Source: Atractiella rhizophila
Lineage: Eukaryota
DNA length: 64,000 nucleotides
Assembly: GCA_021432655.1 (NCBI GenBank)
Contig: MU271185.1
Coordinates: 1-64,000 of the forward strand
Direction: 5' to 3'
Shown in pieces: positions 1 to 10,797 of this stretch. The notes beneath the pieces were generated by a model. That model made no database searches. It saw nothing but the letters and a program-made list of their open reading frames with translations, and was not told the origin of the DNA. The translations under genes were made by a program, and so were the position numbers. Each line of letters starts with the position of its first letter. Position 1 is the first letter of the stretch.

Positions 1-153
1 AGTGAGAAAGGACAATAAAGCAATAATGGAGACGGTGCAGACCGGCGAAATGTATAAGGTTTGCTGAGCGGCGATTCGTGTGAGACAGGGGAAGGCGGCG
101 ATCAGCGAGAACGTGAGCAAAGCGGCGATGGGCAGGCGCGTGGTCCTATGGCA
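1..153 (-). mobile_element. Probable 5' (U3) end of a gypsy-type LTR whose remainder lies left of the window
   Basis: The mirror copy of 1-153 (~9472-9624) runs directly into 9625-9897, whose complement matches the 3' half of the solo LTR at 14063-14451 and is followed by a gag ORF. The boundary at 153 (TG on the minus strand) is a guess. Confidence 0.4.
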
Positions 154-203
154 TGGTAAAGTGGGTCACGTGACTTCAGATGGTGCATTTCGGTAATGCG
201 TAG

Positions 204-1555
204 GGGCAAGCCTGACACTTGCTTTGCAACTTGATGCTGCACAAGAAAAGCTTAACGACGTCCAAGACGAACATAAACGTGCAATTGACGAGCTTGATGA
301 ACTGCGTATTGAGATAGAGAACGCAAAGAAAAAAAGACGGACAGGCAGCATTACATCTACAATCGCTGATGCAGCTGATCATGTTGCCAAACGAGCTGGG
401 AAGGCAGTAATTTTTCGTTACTCTGTTTGGCCATCCAAACAAGCTCCTGAATTCCAACCCCGTACTATGTCAAGACCTCAATCTGGATTGGATGACGTCG
501 GAGGGAAGGCCAGCTCAGCAGATCAGAGCTTGTCGGAGAGCGAAAGAGAGATGGCTGAAGAAATGTCGAGAGAAGAGCGGAAGAAGCAGTTAGTTAAGAA
601 ACTTGCAAGGCCATACAAGCACAGTTCGTTTGTTACTTTTGTCATTCTAGAAATGGGGGAGTATGCAAGGGAGATTGAGAAGCCAACTATTCGAAAGAAT
701 GTGAGCAGTGGCCGATCCCAGAAGCCAGTTCTCACACAATAACAGGTTCTCAAGGGGATGAGAGAAGGCCGAAGCGATGCCATGAAGAAGATACGAGAAA
801 ACCTAACCGAAATTTATGACATTGACAATCCGGACAAGCTTAACCTGAAGAACCATCACGTTCGCAAAGAGATTCCCCAGCTTCAGGCACTTCTCAAGGA
901 CGACAGTTTTCTTTTCAATCCTAAATTGTACGATCCAAATGATAAAAAGCAGAAGGTGAAGGCCTACCTCATGCATCCGGGTCTTTTTAGAGTATGTTTT
1001 TAGTTTTTCTATAGCTTTTCTTGCATACTTAATTGCCTTATCAACTGGGTGTAGGCAGCCCGAGTGGTTTTTCACGGCCCAAACGTGATATATGATGCAA
1101 AGTCAAAGTATAAATCAAACACAGTTGGTCCTTTGACGAGCACACATGAAGGTAGCACACAGATCATCGCTTTTATTGCTGTGGTTGTAAGCATTATCTG
1201 TCTACCTCTCAATATGAGTTCAGGTTCATTTCCTTCTTAGTGCTGCTCTGCCTTAGGCCCCGACCCAGAGTTTGAAAGGGTTGGAAAGGTTCCTGACCCG
1301 TATGGGAAAACTGAACAGAGTCGAAAGAAAGGCTTCAATTATCGTGGATTCTATCTACGCACCGTTTGCAATCTTCGAGCAATGCAAGAAAAGCATGGAG
1401 AACGGTTCAAGCGCCTGTTAGGAGATTGGAACAAAGAGGTATTCCCATCAGAAAAGGAGGTACGAGAGGAAGACGAAGAATATCAAGATGATTTCCTGGA
1501 AGAGGGACTCGATGCGATCTCTCAGGAAGACGACAGAGGCTACGGTGAAGTATGA
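204..1555 (+). CDS. Spliced hypothetical protein, DUF6698-like, apparently lacking its 5' exon(s)
   Basis: Phase-0 GT-AG introns at 701-745, 992-1054 and 1187-1240 join four open exons to TGA at 1553-1555. The C-terminal part (GLFRAARVVFHGP...IAFIAVVCCSAL...FNYRGFYLR...LLGDWNKEVF, acidic tail) resembles basidiomycete DUF6698 proteins from memory. No ATG in frame at the 5' end. Confidence 0.6.
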
Positions 1556-1709
1556 AAAGGCTAGGAATTGTAATTACCTCGGAAACTCAATGTATATAGC
1601 CTAAGCATGTATACAAACGTTACCATTTACTTCAACATTCAATACAAGCACATATTCATGTGCATCCGAAACATCTGAAAACGTTATCGCATTAGCAATG
1701 TGGTATCAT

Positions 1710-4620
1710 ATAACTCAGCTGTATCCCAAACAACCACGGTTGTCGCCGACTCAGGCAGTATCCAGTGTCACGTGACTTTTTTCTCCTTTCTCGTGTGGAC
1801 TATCGTTAAGATCAAACCTGAGTTAGAGTTGCTTCAGCGGGTATTTGGCGTAGCAGCTGAAGCGTTGCACTAGATAGCTGCGACGTCTCTGTACCTAGCC
1901 TCATAGAAGGTTTTTTCAAGTCGCGAGCTTTCCGACAAGAATACTTCGGTTCGACATCCTCCTCTCATATAGCTTGAAGTTTTCCGTTAAGACAACGTCT
2001 TTGGTTGCGAAGCTCTCTCAACCATAGGAACCATAAAAGTGGTGCGGGTGCCTTTTGGACCAACATAGGTACTCGGTCTATCTGCGACGAGGTGACAACT
2101 TCTGTGACTCAACTTATGTTTCCTAGTATTAACCGTGTTTGGTTTTCGTGAAAGAGGCTCTTCACAAGTCGCAGCTAGAGGTTGAACAGCTCGGGATAAA
2201 CAGCTGTGTCAAATTACCGACATAAAGCTTTGTACCTGCGTAGACCATTAGGGTTCACGAGTAGCCAGCTTCTCTAGCCATGGGTGACACGTTCCTGAAG
2301 TTTACGGACACTGGGGAAAGTGAAGAAAATAGTCTATCAGCGTTTTTATTATGGGACTATCACAGCTCCTGCAGAAAAAGTGAGGTCTCTAGCTGTAAAC
2401 GTGAGTCTCGAGCCTTATGCACGACTAAATGTCAACGGACGTCTAAACTGCACTACCGACCCAGGCGGGTATCTCATACGAGGCTACGACAGTCGACATA
2501 CTGTCTTCATTCTTTCCCTAACCCAACGTCCCCGTAGCTGGTTTCCACGGTAAACCTTATACTGACTAGCATCGATAACAGTTAGGTTCAGTAACACCTT
2601 GTTAAAATACAATCTTTCTTATGTAGACGGAGTCAAGGACACGGAACCAGACCAGGTTCTTAACTGAAGCCTGTCCTTCCACGTTAAGTCGAAACCCCTC
2701 TAAGAGTTAGGGGAAGAGCTTCAAAGAGTTTTGGCATAGGTTCTTACTGGTATTTAGAGGTATTAGGTATCTCAGGTGTCAGGAAAGCAGGTGAAGGCTT
2801 CTAAGTCATCTTTTATTCAAGCGCTTACGTACGAACTTCACCTTACACAGCCAGTTTTGAGCAAGCCTAACCCCGCAATAGCTACCGCAACCGCTTGCTC
2901 CCGGACTTGACTTCCCATATCTTCAGCGACATCTGACGACGCAGGGTGACATGCGTCCCACCTCACCTCTAAGACTGCCACCCGGCTAATGCTTCCTCGT
3001 CCCCTACGAATCTTGCCTCGGTAGTGTTTTCGAACTAGTCCTACCAGTCGCTACTAGTAGTAACAGTCACAGTAGTCGGTTTTCCTCCGACGAGTGGCAC
3101 CCAAGTCAACACCCTATTGAACTTGAAGTATACCAGTCGCCGTCATAGACCGACTGGTAAGGCGTACCTTACGATTTGAACTGAACTAGTAGTTCACAGC
3201 GAAATGAACTGGAATACCAGTAAAGGTCGCAAAACGACTAGTAAATCAGACGGACCGACCGGTAACTAACAGTAGACGGGGCAAAACTTACTAGTAATAC
3301 AGCACGGACGACCGATTTACTATCCCTCACTAATCGGTAGAAACAAAAATTGCCCGACGAGACAACCAGTGGCTTTTATACATTATTTACAACTAAACGC
3401 GTAATCATAGTTACTATACTTTTTAAGTAGCCACTGGCAAAGAGAATGTAGAAGGGCTTAAAACTTTTGTTGTGAAACACTCGAGTTCTACGGGACTCGG
3501 ATTTGGTTGCATGACGGGTCGATGGCATCGGATTGAGAGAGTAGGTAGTAATTCGAATTTACGACCTCTCTTCCTTATACGCGTGGCCTTTGTGAGTCTG
3601 TAGTCCGCTGGATCCATCATGAAGAACTATACTTTGTCGAGCCAACCTCTCTTCTACCAGCCTCTCTTCTGCCACCTTTCAATGTACCTGTTTACCTGTT
3701 TAGACTCGGTCCCTTAACCCTAGTGACAGTGACCTTGAGCTTCATCACGGTTAGCCTGTCCTTCTAAGGGCGTAATATCCTGACATGCGACGGTCTTAGT
3801 ACTACAGCCACCAACCACGTAGCAACAACAATCTTTGGACTGATATAGATTATAGGCTGGTGTTTCTTAGTAGTCGTACAGGCTTTATGTACCTTCACTC
3901 CACCCCTCTCTCATTCCCGTTGTACGTGACTTTCGAACTGTAGTAACGACAGTGAGCGCTGTTGCGGGAGTCTTGGGTCAGCAGTTGATCATATGTATGA
4001 TACTTAGAGGTTAACAGTTACATGAGGTGCACCATCATCCTTGGCGAGAACTAGACGAGAAGAAGGAAGAGGAGGAGTACAGCTTCTGTTGTAACCTCAT
4101 TTTCACATAGAGTTTTAGAGCCGCAGAGATGGTAGTAGATGGCGTTCATGATCATCTTGAGTCTATTCAGTATTTGGTGGACTAATTGACGTATGTATGA
4201 CCCTATCGCACTTTCTTTTGTATTCACCGACAGCTGCAACCACCGCTCAGACTCAGCTGTCAAGTTAAAAGAAGTCGGTAGTAGTTGAAGTGTCTCTCGC
4301 GGCTAGTTTAGTTGGAGAGCTCAAAGCGTACGTGATTAGGTATGGACAAACACGAAGTGAACCGATATCGACGGATACAATCCTAAGCGATGGCTATGAA
4401 GTCAAATAAGTCGTGCGTAGGGCGCCATCCGTTACCGCTTTATTCACACAACCTCTACCGCTACAAATGTACTACTCATCGTACCTCTTCACACTACGAC
4501 CAAAAGACATCGGGTCTCTGTAACATTACACAAGGTATCGAAACGCAATGTCTCCCTACTCCGAATTAACATAACAAATAAGGAACTGCAATTCCTCGTC
4601 CTACAATACTTCATCAATAG
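1710..4620. other. Reversed-not-complemented block 1
   Basis: 3019-4236 is the letter-by-letter reverse of 10798-12014 (e.g. 4221 tattcaccgacagctg vs 10798 gtcgacagccacttat). 4237-4620 is repeated at 7533-7916. Confidence 0.93.
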
Positions 4621-4645
4621 NNNNNNNNNNNNNNNNNNNNNNNNN
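4621..4645. other. Assembly gap (25 N)
   Basis: Run of 25 n. Confidence 1.
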
Positions 4646-7507
4646 GTAGAGAACGTGTAATCGATGGAGTCGACGTTGACATGCTTCGATGAAGGAATTT
4701 TGTGGCCCCACTTGCGAATCACCTCCTGTACGTCCTTCTTTGAGAGTTCGTCCACTTGAACCGCCACAGGTACACTGTCATTAGGGGTGTGCACGTCATG
4801 TAAGGCGAAGGCACTTTCCTGTTGAATGGGTCTTACGTCCACCTCTACGTGCTTGGCCCCAATGCAACTGCCCAATTTCAAACTCTCAGGAGACACGGTG
4901 CTCCCTTCAACGTGCGTACTAGGAGCTAGACGGAGGATATCTCTGTATTTCGAGTCAATGACGTAGTCGTCATTGAGGATACGCTTATTTGGGATTCTTT
5001 TTCGTGTGGAACGGCGAGGAGGTGGAGCTGTCTGAGTTGAGGTCGATGGATGGAAGGAAGGTGGCTCAGGTGGAGTGCTGGGACGTCTATGTGCGAAAGT
5101 TGGCTCCGTTGATTTGTCAGGGTAATGCTGATCATTTAGAGGAACATCACTTTCCTGAATTGCGGGTCTTACGTCCACCCTTTCGTGTGAAGCGCCCTCG
5201 CAACTGCCCGTTCCCAAATTATCTCTCTCCTCAAGATTACTCGCCTCAAAGGAGCTTGGAATGGATGGAGATGGAGCTATTGTTTCGATGGAGTTGGGAG
5301 CGGAAGGTGCAACTCGCACCCACGAATCGGGAAGTCCAGCATCAGAAGGTGCATCTTGAGGGAACTCATCTATATTCTTTTCTGACCAGAAAGAGTAGTC
5401 GTCCAGACGATCTGACCCAGTTCTCCCTTCAAAGTAGTTTTCAGCGAATATCACATGCCGTGCTCGAATTAGACGACATTTCATTGGGTCCCAGCAACGA
5501 TGCGATTTAAACATCACGTCAGGCCCAAGATAAATGCACCGGACAGCCTTATTTTGCCACTTCCTCCTTCGCTCTTCCGGTATGAGCGCCCATGCCGTAC
5601 AGCCAAATGTGCGTAGATAGCCAACTGAGGGTTGGATTCCTTCGAGAGTTGTGAGTGGTATCTTTCCCTGTAGCGAAGAATGAGGAGTTCGATTGTAGAC
5701 GTGGCCGGCAAAGTAGAGAGCTTCTGCCCAGAATGTTAGAGGAAGCCTTGCATGGTGGAGCATGGATTTTGCGAGGTTGCGGAGGGTGCGATGGATGCGC
5801 TCTGCAATCCCATTTTCTTGATGACAGTAAGGAGTTGTGGTTTTCCATTCTATATTGTTGACTTCGAACCAGGATCGTAACAGACTGCTCACGAATTCTC
5901 CTCCTCCATCGACTTTCCATCTCTGCACTCTTCGTTGGGTTTTTGCATGGAGGATCGATCTGAATCGCTCAAATGAGGGAAGAACAGTTGCCTTTGACTT
6001 GTCGGGAATGAATTCCTGGTGCACCACTCTCGATCCAACATCGACGTGTACAATTGAATACCAAGCACCACCTAACGAAGAGACTTGCACAGGACCAGTT
6101 AAATCGGACACTACAGACTCGCCCGGAAGAGTAGGCGGGAGCTCGACGCTTTGCTTTGAAGGAAACGGACCACGATGCATCTTTCCCATCACACATGGCT
6201 CACAAACTTCCTCAAAATCCTTTGCTTTCGCCTCTTTCACTTCCAAACCTCCAACCAGGGATTTCGAGATCAGATCTTTGATCTTCTCCATCCCGATATG
6301 CGCGAGTCTGTTGTGCCACACCTTCAGGTCGACAGCCTTTGAGGCAGTATCGATGTGAGTACTCGCCTTCGCCTTCCGTGCATCTCCCTTCAGCAGAAAC
6401 AGTCCCCCTTTGTCCTCCGCCATTCCTACCAGCCCTCCCTTCCGATTAAAAATCTTGCATGCTCCATCTTCGAAAACCAGTTCGAAACGGTCGCGAGGTG
6501 GAAGAGAGAGACTGACGAGTTTGGAGACGCTTATGAGGGGGCTGGTGAGCGAAGGCAGGTGAAGAACGTTTTGAAGTACGATGTTTGAGAGAGGTTGTCC
6601 ATTTTTGTTGTGGGTAGTGTATTCCGCAGAGCCTTTAGTCGTAATAGATATGCTTCTACCATCTGCCACCTCGATAGATCCATTGTGTGGCTGACGATTG
6701 AAGATGTAGTCGAGGGGAAAGACATGAGAGGTGCAGCCCGAGTCGATGCAGGCGGCGGTTGCCAGTTTGTCAAGAGATAGATTCGCCTTGCTAACTGACA
6801 CCTCTTCAACCAGTCGTACTTGATCTCGGATGGCAAGTGAACGTGTTGACTGGGCACTCGATGCAAAATCGGAGCTGAAATTGGAGACATTGAGGACAAG
6901 GTTCGCTTGGTCAGGAATGGAGGAGGTATCGATGGATGGTGACGCTACTTCTTTCCTGTTGTCTTTTCGCTTTGGATTGATCGTTCTGTCCTTGAATCGA
7001 TATCCTGAGGGTGCAAGGACTCGATTTGCTTCTAGCTCCCAGCAGCGATCAGGGGCATGGGAGCGTAGGTTGCAATGAGGACACGAAGGGAAGCGATTCA
7101 ATCCACTCTTTCTCCCCTTTTCTCCGACACTCCCACTGTTTCCACTCCCTCTCTGAGGTGCTATCGAACGCGAAACGAGGGCCTGTTCCTGTGCCTTCTG
7201 CACTTCACTGAGACCCTCTTCCAGCATAATCGTATTGATGGTGTTAGAGATCCATTCTGGGGTGAAGTCGATGAGAGTGGCTTGTGAGGATTTCGTTGCC
7301 TGCAGTGCCGAAAAATAGGGCTTCATCTTGTCGCGAAGTGAGTCTGGAACTGTCGCTTGGAGGTGTGCAGAGAAAACAATCGATTTCCAAGTCCCAGTAG
7401 TGAGCTTGTCTTCACCAACGTATTTGATGAAGTCTGTGAGATTCTTTTCGAGGACCGCCATGTGTTCTGTCCAGTGTTGAGGAGTTGTCCCACTGAAATG
7501 AGTGCGC
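4646..7507 (-). mobile_element. Ty1/copia retrotransposon internal fragment (gag zinc knuckle, protease, GAG-pre-integrase, integrase); RT/RNase H and LTRs absent
   Basis: Open frame with CPHCNLRSHAPDRC knuckle, CIDSGCTSH protease, WHNRLAH...CEPC, SDLTGP / VDGGGEF / ENGIAER integrase and YLRTFGC. Integrase directly after protease is the copia order. Both ends are cut by N runs. Confidence 0.95.
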
Positions 7508-7532
7508 NNNNNNNNNNNNNNNNNNNNNNNNN
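7508..7532. other. Assembly gap (25 N)
   Basis: Run of 25 n. Confidence 1.
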
Positions 7533-10500
7533 CAACCACCGCTCAGACTCAGCTGTCAAGTTAAAAGAAGTCGGTAGTAGTTGAAGTGTCTCTCGCGGCT
7601 AGTTTAGTTGGAGAGCTCAAAGCGTACGTGATTAGGTATGGACAAACACGAAGTGAACCGATATCGACGGATACAATCCTAAGCGATGGCTATGAAGTCA
7701 AATAAGTCGTGCGTAGGGCGCCATCCGTTACCGCTTTATTCACACAACCTCTACCGCTACAAATGTACTACTCATCGTACCTCTTCACACTACGACCAAA
7801 AGACATCGGGTCTCTGTAACATTACACAAGGTATCGAAACGCAATGTCTCCCTACTCCGAATTAACATAACAAATAAGGAACTGCAATTCCTCGTCCTAC
7901 AATACTTCATCAATAGTACTATGGTGTAACGATTACGCTATTGCAAAAGTCTACAAAGCCTACGTGTACTTATACACGAACATAACTTACAACTTCATTT
8001 ACCATTGCAAACATATGTACGAATCCGATATATGTAACTCAAAGGCTCCATTAATGTTAAGGATCGGAAAAGTATGAAGTGGCATCGGAGACAGCAGAAG
8101 GACTCTCTCGCGTAGCTCAGGGAGAAGGTCCTTTAGTAGAACTATAAGAAGCAGAAGGAGAGCATGGAGGAAAAGACTACCCTTATGGAGAAACAAGGTT
8201 AGAGGATTGTCCGCGAACTTGGCAAGAGGTACGAAAAGAACGTAACGAGCTTCTAACGTTTGCCACGCATCTATCTTAGGTGCTATTAACTTCGGAAAGA
8301 AAGCTGAGACAAGTCAAAAGGGTATGCCCAGTCCTTGGAAAGGTTGGGAAAGTTTGAGACCCAACCCCGGGTTCCGTCTCGCCGTGATTCTTCCTTTACT
8401 TGGACTTGAGTATAACTCTCCATCTCTCTATTACGAATGTTGCTGTCGTTATTTTCGCTACTCGACACACGATCGAAGTACACACGAACAGTTTCCTGGT
8501 TGACACAAACTAAATATGAAACTGAAACGTAGTATATAGTGCAAACCCGGCACTTTTTGGTGAGCCCGACGGATGTGGGTCAACTATTCCGTTAATTCAT
8601 TCGTTCTTTTCGATATCTTTTGATTTTTGTATGAGATTTTTCTGGGCCTACGTACTCCATCCGGAAGTGGAAGACGAAAAATAGTAAACCTAGCATGTTA
8701 AATCCTAACTTTTCTTTTGACAGCAGGAACTCTTCACGGACTTCGACCCCTTAGAGAAACGCTTGCACTACCAAGAAGTCCAATTCGAACAGGCCTAACA
8801 GTTACAGTATTTAAAGCCAATCCAAAAGAGCATAGAAGAAGTACCGTAGCGAAGCCGGAAGAGAGTAGGGGAACTCTTGGACAATAACACACTCTTGACC
8901 GAAGACCCTAGCCGGTGACGAGTGTAAGAAAGCTTATCAACCGAAGAGTTAGAGGGAACGTATGAGGGGGTAAAGATCTTACTGTTTTCATTGTTTGCTT
9001 GACACGAACATACCGGAGCGTTCAAAGAATTGATTGACGAAGAAGGCGAGAAGAGAGCTGTAAAGAAGTCGGTAGAGAGAAAGCGAGAGGCTGTTCGAGA
9101 CTAGACGACTCGACCGGAAGGGAGGCTGCAGTAGGTTAGGTCTAACTCCAGAACTGTATCATGCCCCAACCTTAAGTCCTCGAACAAACCTACCGGTTTG
9201 TCTCATTGCTTTTTAATGACGGAAGGGTCGAGCAAACCGTTGTACTAGTCGACGTAGTCGCTAACATCTACATTACGACGGACAGGCAGAAAAAAAGAAA
9301 CGCAAGGGATAGAGTTATGCGTCAAGTAGTTCGAGCAGTTAACGTGCAAATACAAGCAGAACCTGCAGCAATTCGAAAAGAACACGTCGTAGTTCAACGT
9401 TTCGTTCACAGTCCGAACGGGGATGCGTAATGGCTTTACGTGGTAGACTTCAGTGCACTGGGTGAAATGGTACGGTATCCTGGTGCGCGGACGGGTAGCG
9501 GCGAAACGAGTGCAAGAGCGACTAGCGGCGGAAGGGGACAGAGTGTGCTTAGCGGCGAGTCGTTTGGAATATGTAAAGCGGCCAGACGTGGCAGAGGTAA
9601 TAACGAAATAACAGGAAAGAGTGAACATGACGAGTCATACAGAATAAAGGCTCAAAAGGAAAATAACGAAAGGACTAGATCGATAGAATGTACAAAGTTC
9701 TTTGAATACTATGTCAAATACCGTCACGAAAATGTATACATATATATGTAGCTCTACATCACCACCACTGGAGTCTCATAAGAGAATCCAAATGGAGGTG
9801 ATGTCCAATCAGAAGAGTACGGTATAATAAGGGAATCCAAATGGAGGTGATGTCTGCGTAGCGGATAGCCGCTGGCGTGTATCACAATCGGGATTATCTT
9901 CTTATGAGAGAGGAATTTTAAAACTTTGGTTTGCATTTTTTACAGCCTCTAAACCCCTTTATACCTTTGCGCGCTTGGCGGCTGCTCGCTTCTTGCGTAG
10001 GTTGTGAATCTTTCCTACAAGGTTTGAGATGTGGAGTGTTGACTTTTCGTTAAGTTTTTTGAGCTTGTTCTGGAGTATAGTTCGAAGTTGGTTGTTTTAC
10101 GTGTTTGGAGGGTCTTACGCTTGCTTTAACGCGTTGACTCCAGGCTGCAGGTTTTGTGTTTGCTAGCTTAAAACGTTAATAACCTGAGGTCTGACGGGGG
10201 AGGATCTCTGTCACCTTGGTGGAGAGGAAAGAATAGCGCTTGTCTGGGTTATGGAGTTTGAATAAGAGGAGGCAGATATAGGGTCTGACGGGTTCATCGT
10301 GGCATACGTCCATAGTTCGAGCGAGGTGGAAGTTAGAAGTTTCCTCGAGGATTGTGTCGAGGCTGTAAAAATGCGCTTTAAATGCAGATGTGGAGATGGC
10401 AAGGTCCGGTTAAGGGCTGACTTTTTAGCTTTTTAGGATAAATGGGAAAGAATGTACTTTCTTCCTCTACGCCTTTTTAAGCGGCGACCCTAAAACGCGG

Positions 10501-10797
10501 CTGAACAGCTTTTACTCCTTGTTTAACGCACCCTTGTTAAAAACAGCCTCAAGTTTCGCGCAAAGACGTTCTGTCTGGTATTCGAGTAACGTGTCTGTTT
10601 TTATAGAAGGGAGGTCGTTTTCCCCTTGGATCTTTGGATGTAGTAGTTCAAGCTTCTTAACCGTTTAGTTCGACTGAAACTACTACTTCGGGAATGGAAA
10701 AAGAAGTTTGCTCCTGAGTTAGGATGGGATGTAGAGTTTCATTGGGTTCCCCTCAAGGGTTTTAGCGACCTTCCTGACCTTTCTTTTTAGAGCCGCT
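7533..10797. other. Reversed-not-complemented block 2
   Basis: 7917-9624 is the letter-by-letter reverse of 1-1709 (the window starts agtgagaaaggacaataaagc; 9604-9624 reads cgaaataacaggaaagagtga). 7533-7916 duplicates 4237-4620 (384 bp). Confidence 0.95.
9941..10797. mobile_element. Ty3/gypsy gag ORF legible only as the base-wise complement read left to right
   Basis: Complement translates MSEIWGNMETREPPTSEERIQHLERMF...IKLAPPSIFKGAPNTAPTFLREIYVY...QFPTEKSK, then after one extra base in the run at 10430-10434, ILFTLSYMKEGDAEKF...WEQFLSEFKARF...SLQQKGNLETYIIKFEELANQADFDDEALTFFFKRGLNP. This is a retrotransposon gag pattern. Confidence 0.88.

Noticed and set aside
4815..5210. Diverged ~60-bp repeat in the copia linker (HERVDVRPAIQES / HVEVDVRPIQQES)
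   Set aside because: Real but unremarkable; local duplications in the integrase-RT linker are not diagnostic of anything.
4489..7539. 1016-aa ORF as a complete protein
   Set aside because: It reads through two N gaps; its start and stop come from the reversed blocks. Only 4646-7507 is copia.
4237..7916. 384-bp direct repeats as the copia LTRs
   Set aside because: No TG...CA ends or TSD, separated from the copia by gaps, and explained as the shared segment D of two reversed fills.
1710..10797. Short ORFs listed inside the reversed blocks (e.g. 2280-2553, 9206-9751, 10211-10402)
   Set aside because: They lie in reversed-polarity sequence; the meaningful frames are the reverse and complement-only ones.
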